DNA from: a virus
Lineage: Duplodnaviria > Caudoviricetes
Virus record (IMG/VR): IMGVR_UViG_3300021400_000062
Location: 32,136-96,135 of that record
Strand: one strand, 5' to 3'
DNA length: 64,000 nt
In this document: one piece after another, positions 37,377 through 44,734 of the stretch
Layout: each line of letters begins with the position of its first letter
Numbering within the stretch: position 1 is the first letter of the stretch
Translations under genes and position numbers: made by a program
The notes under the pieces: model-generated
The model's input: the letters and a program-made list of their open reading frames with translations, nothing else
What the model was told of the DNA's origin: nothing
Databases searched by the model: none

Positions 37377-37953
37377 AATTTAATATCTTGTTGATTATAT
37401 TCTTACAATTTACATCATCAAATACCTGTTGATTTGTAAACCTTATTATATTATACCCGGCATCTTTTAAATGAAGTTCTCTTAATGTATCATCAATATT
37501 AACAAACTTATCATTGTGATACTTACCATCTATTTCAACCACAAGCTTCTTATCTGGAAACAAGAAATCAACTATATAAAAACTTTTTGAGCATACCTGT
37601 TTATCCATAAATATGGGTTTCTGGAACTCAAAGATATCACCAAGGTCAGCATCAACCAAAGAATTGTATAGTTTTCTTTCTGCTTTTGTAGCCTTTTCTA
37701 TAAGAGATTGCCTAAACTCTTCAGCTTTTTTCTTTATCCAATCTTTATCGTAAGTACCAGATATTCCATAATTATCTCCATCTATATACACTTCTTTCAA
37801 TCGCCTTGTGGTCTTGTTTCCAAAACCATCATCTTCCTCTATTATCTTATATGTGACATACTTGTAATCATTAATCTTTTCTTTCTTATAACCAACAATC
37901 TTTGATGTTGGAAGACCATAAGTTAAAGTGCTTTTCTTTGATTTTCTTCCCAT
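37366..37953 (-). CDS. DUF559 / Vsr-like endonuclease
   Basis: TKAERKL, FYIVDF, VVEIDGKYH, D..R..L..GYNIIRFTN; likely start MGRKSKK. Confidence 0.85.
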   Translation of the reverse strand: MGRKSKKSTLTYGLPTSKIVGYKKEKINDYKYVTYKIIEEDDGFGNKTTRRLKEVYIDGDNYGISGTYDKDWIKKKAEEFRQSLIEKATKAERKLYNSLVDADLGDIFEFQKPIFMDKQVCSKSFYIVDFLFPDKKLVVEIDGKYHNDKFVNIDDTLRELHLKDAGYNIIRFTNQQVFDDVNCKNIINKILNYEK

Positions 37954-37960
37954 AATATAT

Positions 37961-38347
37961 AAAAAATAATATGGTTGGAAGAGAGAAGATTCCAACCATA
38001 TTGTTTGCGTGCTTTGGATGCACTATTGTTTTTGCGGATTGTATCCCTATTAAATTATCACCGTTGCATTGCCTCCGGCGGTTTTGTTTTGCTTGCAAAA
38101 CCTTTAAGCTTTTCTAGGAGAGACCCGGGAGCTCTTTACATCCCAGTCTACTTTGGAGGAGAAGCTTACCTTCCAAAGTTCACAATCTAGCCGGCGCCCC
38201 GTTTATATATTATTAGTTCTTCTCTCAGTTATCTCAAGGGTAGATTGCCTGTGCCCTACTAATGGTATCCGCTACTTTCCCATGCTGGCTCTACCAAACG
38301 ACAACTAAATTGTGAGTACCTATGTATCTCAATCTCCACAATCTTTA
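37961..38347 (-). ncRNA. Candidate large structured ncRNA or leader (~390 nt)
   Basis: Promoter 38353-38384; several stems; 13-bp terminator 37968-38002 plus T6; no credible ORF. Confidence 0.55.
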
Positions 38348-38617
38348 CAATGCAAATATATACATAATATAAATAATATGCAAGCGTCCTTGCTCCAGAC
38401 CCAAAGAAAAACCAGTCCAAAGCAGGCTATTATTAACTCTTGAATAGAGCCAGAGTAGGACTATGGTAAAAATATTTTTTTTCTAAAAATTTTTAAAACA
38501 TATTTATATGTGGGAGAGGAGTGGATAATCCCCTAACACCTCCCCTCCTATACTTTGGATTGGGGATGTACCCCCGGTCAAACAGTGGATTAAACAATTT
38601 CATAGCATCAGATTCTT

Positions 38618-38848
38618 ATGGAACAGCAAATCAAACCTACCACAGAGGTTGATATAGATGACCTTTGGGAAAGGCATCTTGAAAGAGCAGCAAATCATTT
38701 CCTCTCTGATGAGGATATTGAGGAAATGCACCGCCAATGGGAGCAAGAGGAACTTGCAATGAGGGATTATTGGGAAAGGCGTGTCAAGGAAGAGGTTGAG
38801 CTTGCAATAGACCACGGGTGGGAACCTACTGGTATGCCAGAATGGTAA
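38618..38848 (+). CDS. Small acidic first early protein
   Basis: 76 aa, about 23 D/E and 5 W; followed by a 13-bp hairpin 38846-38876. Confidence 0.7.
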   Translation: MEQQIKPTTEVDIDDLWERHLERAANHFLSDEDIEEMHRQWEQEELAMRDYWERRVKEEVELAIDHGWEPTGMPEW

Positions 38849-38924
38849 TAGGTGTGGTGTGTGACCACACCTATTATATAATGGGATAAATCCCAACAAC
38901 CCACTTCCTATACTTTGGTTGGGC

Positions 38925-39090
38925 TACTACCATAAAGTAGCATTGTTTAATCCATTAATCCAATCAGGGTGGTACCACATATGGTTTGGTGGTCTGCATT
39001 GGAGGAAATCGTGAAACCCACCAATTGATTTCAGGGTGGTTCCAACAGGGTAGTATTGAACCCTGTTGGGGCTACCCGAATCAATAGAAT
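38925..39090 (+). ncRNA. Candidate early structured RNA
   Basis: Follows motif copy 2; hairpin 39034-39051/39060-39077 with 3 G:U pairs, extended by 39024-39030/39079-39085. Confidence 0.5.
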
Positions 39091-39180
39091 CATAAAATCC
39101 AGACAACTCACCTCCTATAATTTGGACCGAAGAAAGGTTCAACTGTATTCTATTATTAACAACTAAACACCAGTACTATT

Positions 39181-39567
39181 ATGGCAACTGTAACTTTTGG
39201 GACTAAGATGTCCGTCAGGGATTTCCTTGCATCCAAGAACATCAGCAAGGGCAACAAGGTTTTCTTCAACTACATGAAGAAGAAGGGAACTTCGGAAGAT
39301 GCGTTCTACAATGATGAGAGTGGCAAGGAAACCACCATCAAGAGAATGGCAGTACAGGATGAGGTTGGCAATACTATTGCCTATGTAGCATCCAAAGTGG
39401 CGGCTGAACTTCAGGAAGGAAAGAAGCCTGAAAACCTTCAGTTCGTAGAGACTACAATTGAGTCTGTAAACCCGGAAACCGCTGAGTTACAGCAGGTTAC
39501 GAGTTGGACACTCTGCCACACCAACCTCAACAATGTCATTGATGCAACAGACATTTTGGGCCTGTAA
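39181..39567 (+). CDS. Early hypothetical protein
   Basis: 128 aa, AC-rich leader, strong terminator downstream. Confidence 0.75.
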   Translation: MATVTFGTKMSVRDFLASKNISKGNKVFFNYMKKKGTSEDAFYNDESGKETTIKRMAVQDEVGNTIAYVASKVAAELQEGKKPENLQFVETTIESVNPETAELQQVTSWTLCHTNLNNVIDATDILGL

Positions 39568-39585
39568 GCAAAAAGACTACACATT

Positions 39586-39627
39586 TCAAGGTAGAGCCGA
39601 GAGGTTCTACCTTGATTTGTTTTTTTT
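39586..39627 (+). terminator. Intrinsic terminator
   Basis: TCAAGGTAGAGCC-GAGA-GGTTCTACCTTGA plus T-tract. Confidence 0.85.
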
Positions 39628-39653
39628 CAAAGCAACAACAATAATACATTATT

Positions 39654-39977
39654 ATGAAACATATTATCATCCTTCTAACCATTCTTCTATCATTTATTTC
39701 ACTGCCAAACTATGCACAGTCATATAAAATTGAAGGCAAGGAAATAGTCCAGCAGAAGTCTGTCAAGTCTTCAAATGACACAAAAACAGACTATATATAC
39801 AAGGATAGCAAAGGCAACACCTACCCAATCTATCTTCACAAATATACAAAGGGAGATAATATTGGTAAATATACTTGCTATGTGATAAAGACATCACAGA
39901 AGACGGGTAAGACCTATAAATACTATCTTCCTGATGGTATAGCAATGGCAGAAGAAATACTAAAAGCAAACAAATAG
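39654..39977 (+). CDS. Exported protein with signal peptide
   Basis: MKHIIILLTILLSFISLPNYAQ; basic mature part, KTGKTYKYYL. Confidence 0.7.
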   Translation: MKHIIILLTILLSFISLPNYAQSYKIEGKEIVQQKSVKSSNDTKTDYIYKDSKGNTYPIYLHKYTKGDNIGKYTCYVIKTSQKTGKTYKYYLPDGIAMAEEILKANK

Positions 39978-39983
39978 ACCTAT

Positions 39984-40434
39984 AAACTTCTCTACTCTTG
40001 ACATAAGCAAAGGCCACGCGAAAGTCTAAGTTTAGAGCTACTGGAAAATACAATCCACTAAAATCTCCGGTGTATTCTATCCTACTGCAATATATAAAGA
40101 GTATTATAAAGGTCTTGGATACAAAGAATTGTAGTATGGGGATAAGGCAATGGCTTGCAAGTATAGAAAACCGTAAATAAGCCAGAGTGAAGAACGAGCA
40201 ATTAGATTTAAGAGATTTTTGTATAGCGTAAGTATTTGAGTGGGGCGGAACGAGCCCACCGGTAGAGAAGTTTTATTATTGCCATAACAGGCCACTGTGC
40301 AAGAAGCTGGGAGCAAGGCTTGCAAGTGTAATACACTCCACAAAGGGATGTCTGAAGACCTATAGTACCGTGATTGACTATTCGGTACATTTCATATATC
40401 ATAATATCTACCTCATCGTGGTTTATATGTCAAG
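39984..40434 (+). ncRNA. Candidate large structured ncRNA (290-450 nt)
   Basis: 12-bp closing helix 39984-39995/40262-40273 plus several internal stems; no credible ORF. Confidence 0.55.
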
Positions 40435-40519
40435 TAATCACATATTGCATCAGAAGCATTTGTAGTGATGAAACTAAAGGATATTAAAAATAGAAACAAC
40501 AACAATAAAACAAATAGAT

Positions 40520-40726
40520 ATGGAAAAATCTATAACAATAAAAGATGAGATATCAATGTGTGATGGTTATTTGCACAGTATTTCTCAAGGAGATTTTGCA
40601 TTCTTTGTTGAACTGATACTCGAAAATAGCAAAAACAAAGAAAAGATAGAAAATATGATTGAAACTTTTGATGCTCCAGAGGCTGAAATAGAAATAAATA
40701 TAACCTTGAAAACAAAACAATACTAA
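40520..40726 (+). CDS. Hypothetical protein
   Basis: 68 aa with AC-rich leader. Confidence 0.6.
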   Translation: MEKSITIKDEISMCDGYLHSISQGDFAFFVELILENSKNKEKIENMIETFDAPEAEIEINITLKTKQY

Positions 40727-40751
40727 ATACTAACATTAAACAACAACAGCC

Positions 40752-41024
40752 ATGACAAAGGAACAACTTCTATCTAAAGCAAACGAAGAGATGGATAAGG
40801 CCAACTCCTTAAGAATCAAAGTCTTTAAATTCGACAAAGGAGAAATCCATCCAACAATAGCAGTGCAATATGACAGAGAGCGCAGAGCACTGTTATACAA
40901 ACTGAATGAATATGAAAAGTGCGCAAAAGCACAATTCAATTTCAGGATTCCGGGGCTGCATCTTACAAAGAACTTTCTTTGGAGACTACTGTGTTCAATC
41001 AAGTATAGGATGAGTTCACTTTGA
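40752..41024 (+). CDS. Hypothetical protein
   Basis: 90 aa; 18-bp hairpin 41001-41039 overlaps the stop. Confidence 0.6.
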   Translation: MTKEQLLSKANEEMDKANSLRIKVFKFDKGEIHPTIAVQYDRERRALLYKLNEYEKCAKAQFNFRIPGLHLTKNFLWRLLCSIKYRMSSL

Positions 41025-41075
41025 GCTCATTCTATACTTTAGCACAAAAAGTATAAACAATTAAAATAAAATAAT

Positions 41076-41375
41076 ATGGCAGAAATAATAGTAGCAATAA
41101 TTGCGATAGTTTTAGCGGCATTGCTAATAGTATGTGCAATAAAAGAAGACGCGATAGATTTAGTTCCGTCAATAATACTTCTTATATTCATATCGGTAAT
41201 AATATTTGTTGACGGATTAAATAACTTTAGAGATAAAGGAATAGAGAAATACCAAAAAGGTGAAATTGTGATAAAACAACCGGTATATATCTATACAGAT
41301 ATAAATGGAGATACATTAAAAGTAAAGGAAGGTACAAAAGTATTAATATCAAAAAAGAAAGCAAATATTCAGTAA
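41076..41375 (+). CDS. Two-TM membrane protein
   Basis: Two hydrophobic segments. Confidence 0.6.
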   Translation: MAEIIVAIIAIVLAALLIVCAIKEDAIDLVPSIILLIFISVIIFVDGLNNFRDKGIEKYQKGEIVIKQPVYIYTDINGDTLKVKEGTKVLISKKKANIQ

Positions 41376-41376
41376 T

Positions 41377-42330
41377 ATGAAAAAGATAAATGAAATATTC
41401 TTTGCTAAAGAAGGAGAAAAAGGTATAACTTCATCATCAGCAAACTATCTTGCAAACATAGCAACAGAGTTGCTTGAATCATTTAACAATAATATAAGAA
41501 ACATTTCATTCATTGATAAGAATGTATCTATTGTTGGTAGTGATTCAAAATTGCTTGCATCAAAAGGCATGACACTGGATAAGTTTGAAAATATTCCAAT
41601 AGCAATAGATGAGGCTGCAAAACTTTATGCATTTGTTGCATATATCAGGGAAGCAATCAAAGCCAAGGAAGATGAGATTTCTACAGCAAAGAAATATTCT
41701 TTCAACGACTGGCTTATTGACAATGATATTACTCTTGAAGAATATCCAGAACAGCCAGCAATGCCACTTGTACCAGAACCTGTAACGCAAAATGATGTTC
41801 TTGAAAGCTGGAGCATTGCTGAAAGAAATCTCTACTGGCAATATGAAGCAGTAGCATCAACTTATGGTAAACTAATCCATAAAGATGGTGCTATAAATAT
41901 TGCAAGGGATAGTATGAAGCAGATGCTTGCAAATCCTGTAACAACACTTGGTTCTGGAAGAGATACTACTGTATATTATTACAGTGAAAGTGTTCCTGAA
42001 GAAAATGTTGAAAAAACATTTCTTGAACTGCAAAACACATACAGGATTGCAGAAAAGAGCCTTAACAGTCTTAAGTACAGAATCAAGGAAGAAATGAATG
42101 CTCTTGTCCTTGAGAGAGAAGTAGAGTATAAAGCCTCACTTGATGAGTACAAGAAAAATCTCTTTGAATTCAACAAGGAAGTAGAAGAGATAGATAATAA
42201 CAAGGCTGAGCTTCAGGGTAAATACAGGGAATATCTTACAGAGCTTGTAAACAAAACAAGCAAACTGAAGATTGTTATCCCTAACGCACTGACAGGAATC
42301 TTTTATAAGCTTGATAGCGTTGGAAAGTAA
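41377..42330 (+). CDS. Long helical/coiled-coil protein of unknown function
   Basis: 317 aa; GITSSSANYLAN, IREAIKAK, GKLIHKDG, LKIVIP motifs; followed by 380 nt structured non-coding DNA. Confidence 0.75.
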   Translation: MKKINEIFFAKEGEKGITSSSANYLANIATELLESFNNNIRNISFIDKNVSIVGSDSKLLASKGMTLDKFENIPIAIDEAAKLYAFVAYIREAIKAKEDEISTAKKYSFNDWLIDNDITLEEYPEQPAMPLVPEPVTQNDVLESWSIAERNLYWQYEAVASTYGKLIHKDGAINIARDSMKQMLANPVTTLGSGRDTTVYYYSESVPEENVEKTFLELQNTYRIAEKSLNSLKYRIKEEMNALVLEREVEYKASLDEYKKNLFEFNKEVEEIDNNKAELQGKYREYLTELVNKTSKLKIVIPNALTGIFYKLDSVGK

Positions 42331-42334
42331 CACT

Positions 42335-42686
42335 AAAGGAATAGTATCGCATAACCTAAAATTTAACTAAGTTAAATCCGAATCACAGTATGCGCAAATA
42401 TGATGCGATACTATTCCTTTTTCTTATATATTGGGTAATTAAGGACAGAGCCGAATAGTGTAAAACCTTAATGTATTATATTATATATTCTGAATTAGAA
42501 TAAATAAATTAATTACAAATGTTAATCTATTTTACTCGCCGTCAATAACCCATACAATAATCATTTTGAGCCTTTGACTTCAAGTGGTTATTGGCGGGTC
42601 TTTGGCTTTAACATTGTCTTTGACTTTGTGCAGAATAATAATATAAGCTCAATTGCTTATGGGAGAGTGAAATCTCCCATAAGTCC
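42335..42686 (+). ncRNA. Candidate structured RNA downstream of the coiled-coil gene
   Basis: Stems 42335-42352/42403-42420, 42539-42550/42586-42597 and 42656-42683; NCTTTG hexamer run. Confidence 0.55.
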
Positions 42687-42710
42687 TAATAACAATAAAA
42701 TAACAGTAAT

Positions 42711-42911
42711 ATGAAAAGTAAAATCAAAGATTTGATAATATGGATATATATAATAGTATCCATATTATTCTGGATAGTATTCATAGCAGGCATAGAATCT
42801 ATAGTTGAATCAAATCTGTTTATATGGTTTGCAATAATAGCAGCTGTTGATATAGGGCTTGCAAAAGCCCTTAATATCATATCATTCTATGAAAAGAATG
42901 ACTATCTTTGA
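42711..42911 (+). CDS. Small two-TM membrane protein
   Basis: 66 aa, hydrophobic. Confidence 0.6.
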   Translation: MKSKIKDLIIWIYIIVSILFWIVFIAGIESIVESNLFIWFAIIAAVDIGLAKALNIISFYEKNDYL

Positions 42912-43078
42912 ATGGTTAGTGTTGTTGTTTAATTTTCAAGGGGGTTCTTTCCATCACAGTGTTAAGCTGCTGGTTTTCTTCCCATAATAGGTGCCTCTTT
43001 GCATAACTCATGATTGTAAAACAAAAAAAAGAACCAAGGTACCTTGTTTTTAATCACAAAATCAAATTAACAAACACA

Positions 43079-43315
43079 ATGAAACTGTTTTCAGAACTAA
43101 ACAAAGGAGATAAGATATATATCTACAATAAATCTACAAAAGATACACATCTTGCAACAGTAGAAAATGTAGTAAAACCACCGAAACAAAAAGGACAAAT
43201 AACTATAATGTTTGATGTTGACGGTGATGTTGGAGTGTTGGAAATGGTAGATAATATAGACAGAACATCTGTAACCGTACAGAATATAATATTCTCAACA
43301 ATACCAATACAATAG
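43079..43315 (+). CDS. Small SH3/KOW-like beta protein
   Basis: Likely start MKLFSELNKGDKIYIY. Confidence 0.6.
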   Translation: MKLFSELNKGDKIYIYNKSTKDTHLATVENVVKPPKQKGQITIMFDVDGDVGVLEMVDNIDRTSVTVQNIIFSTIPIQ

Positions 43316-43580
43316 TTGTAGAAATAGGGTGTGTGGAGAAGTAAGCAAAACAGATTAATCCATAGTAAGAATATAATAATACATGTTTTTTTTCTTTTTG
43401 GGGTATGCTCTATATTTTGTTTGTTCTTACTATGGATTAAATTTGTTTTATCAATTGGTATAACTATTGTTTTATTATGTTTAACCTTTAATTTTAAGTC
43501 TGACAATAAAAGTTATCACAAAAAATCTACAATAGTTATACAAGGTGTTCAAAAATATTTATATCTTTGAGCACCAAAAC

Positions 43581-43655
43581 GGTCCCTTAACTCAGTTGGT
43601 TCAGAGTACCTGACTCATAATCAGATAGTCGTAGGTTCAAGTCCTACAGGGACCA
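43581..43655 (+). tRNA. tRNA with CAT anticodon, probably Ile2 rather than Met
   Basis: GGTCCCT..AGGGACC-A, loop CT-CAT-AA; C4-G69/C5-G68 TilS-type pairs; TATCTTTG box at 43562. Confidence 0.85.
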
Positions 43656-43745
43656 CAAAGTAGATGTAATTGCTCTGTACTTATTATTAATTTAAATTAT
43701 TAAAAGATTGAGTGACACTTATTGGAGTTTACATCTACTTTATTT

Positions 43746-43818
43746 TGAAGTGTAGCGCAATTGGTAGAGCAACAGATTTTGGTTCTGTAGGTTGAGTGTT
43801 CGAGCCACTCCACTTCAA
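43746..43818 (+). tRNA. tRNA-Gln(TTG)
   Basis: TGAAGTG..CACTTCA; ACAGA-TTTTGGT-TCTGT. Confidence 0.9.
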
Positions 43819-43824
43819 CAAAAT

Positions 43825-43898
43825 GCCCGGTTAGCTCAGCTGAATAGAGCAGCAGATTTCTAATCTGCGGGTCAAAGGTTTGAATCCTTTACCGGGTA
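43825..43898 (+). tRNA. tRNA-Arg(TCT)
   Basis: GCCCGGT..ACCGGGT-A; GCAGA-TTTCTAA-TCTGC; atypical TTTGAAT T-loop. Confidence 0.88.
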
Positions 43899-43928
43899 CA
43901 ATTTATTAATAATTAAACAACAAAACTT

Positions 43929-44462
43929 ATGGACAAAACAAAAGAAAAATTGAATAGAATCAAGGAAAAAGTTGATTTTATTTACAGTATTACAAATGGT
44001 GTTGAGTATAAAGATGGATTCAAGGTACTTAACGACAGATTTCTTGAAGAATGTGTAACAGCACTTGTAAAAAGATGTATCTTGCAGAAGACAAGATATT
44101 ATATGAAGGGTGAATCTGGTGTACATTATATCTTTACATGGATTGCAAGTATGGCGCCAACTGAAACTCTTTATATAAATATATATAAGGATGTACAAAA
44201 AGTGCATAAAGCAAAACAAGAAAGGTGGAAGATTGCAAAAAGAGCTCAAAGACAGAGAGAAAAAGAAGCAAGTGAAGATGTAGAAATAAAACAACCAGAC
44301 AATTCTTTTACTATTCCACATATTGGCCCAGTTGAGCAAGAGCTTAAGTGCAAAAAGCTTTCAGATTATACACCACAAGAGCTCTGGAATGAGCTTCGAG
44401 CAAGAGGATACAAGATTGAAGAAAACAGGATTGTGTTTATACAAAAAACATATCTTGACTAA
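43929..44462 (+). CDS. Hypothetical, possibly DNA-binding protein
   Basis: 177 aa; C-terminal LSDYTPQELWNELRARGY motif. Confidence 0.7.
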   Translation: MDKTKEKLNRIKEKVDFIYSITNGVEYKDGFKVLNDRFLEECVTALVKRCILQKTRYYMKGESGVHYIFTWIASMAPTETLYINIYKDVQKVHKAKQERWKIAKRAQRQREKEASEDVEIKQPDNSFTIPHIGPVEQELKCKKLSDYTPQELWNELRARGYKIEENRIVFIQKTYLD

Positions 44463-44485
44463 ACTTTCAGTGTTATTGTTGTTGC

Positions 44486-44527
44486 GTGGCGGGGATTGAT
44501 AATAATTTAATCCTCGCCACATTTTTT
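44486..44527 (+). terminator. Intrinsic terminator preceded by a GU-rich antisense seed
   Basis: GTGGCGGGGATT/AATCCTCGCCAC plus T6. Confidence 0.8.
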
Positions 44528-44580
44528 AGCAAATTAAGGGTATATGGGAAGAGCCGAGAATTATGTTAAAATAAAGTAAT

Positions 44581-44733
44581 ATGAAAGAGCCTATAAAAAA
44601 GCAACCGAGTTGGTGCAACTATCCAGGGGCTGAAACTCCTTTTTGGGGATGCTGGTCTTTACTTTACGGCTATGTAAAAGATGAGAATTACTGTAAAACC
44701 TGTGATTGTTATAAAGGACAAAATAAAAAGTGA
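44581..44733 (+). CDS. Small Cys-rich protein (50 aa)
   Basis: MKEPIKKQPSWCNYPGAETPFWGCWSLLYGYVKDENYCKTCDCYKGQNKK; stop 1 nt before next ATG. Confidence 0.6.
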   Translation: MKEPIKKQPSWCNYPGAETPFWGCWSLLYGYVKDENYCKTCDCYKGQNKK

Positions 44734-44734
44734 T

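Larger units (their letters stand above)
38523..39126 (+). repeat. Three copies of TCCTATA(C/A)TTTGG, putative early promoter
   Basis: 38546-38558, 38906-38918, 39113-39125; copies 1 and 2 also share an upstream GGATAA(A)TCCC. Confidence 0.6.

Noticed and set aside
39984-40273. tmRNA or RNase P identity (GTGGG..CCCAC near the 3' end; GAAAGTC)
   Set aside because: No alanyl acceptor stem, CCA, canonical T-loop or plausible tag; the RNase P 3' consensus is absent
40352-40358. Hammerhead core CTGAAGA
   Set aside because: I could not build stems I-III with a correctly placed GAAA
41030-41042. Fourth copy of the early motif (TTCTATACTTTAG)
   Set aside because: It is the right arm of the 18-bp hairpin 41001-41039 and lacks the CC/GG closure
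43123-43570. ORFs 43123-43506(-) and 43331-43570(+)
   Set aside because: Low-complexity translations across inverted repeats; RNA structure explains the region better
43825-43898. TTCTAA in the anticodon loop read as a CTA suppressor
   Set aside because: The 5-bp stem GCAGA/TCTGC gives a 7-nt loop TT-TCT-AA, so the anticodon is TCT (Arg)
43655-43930. Theta (HDV-like) ribozymes after the tRNAs
   Set aside because: Trailers are an AT-rich hairpin or short spacers with no nested double pseudoknot that I could identify
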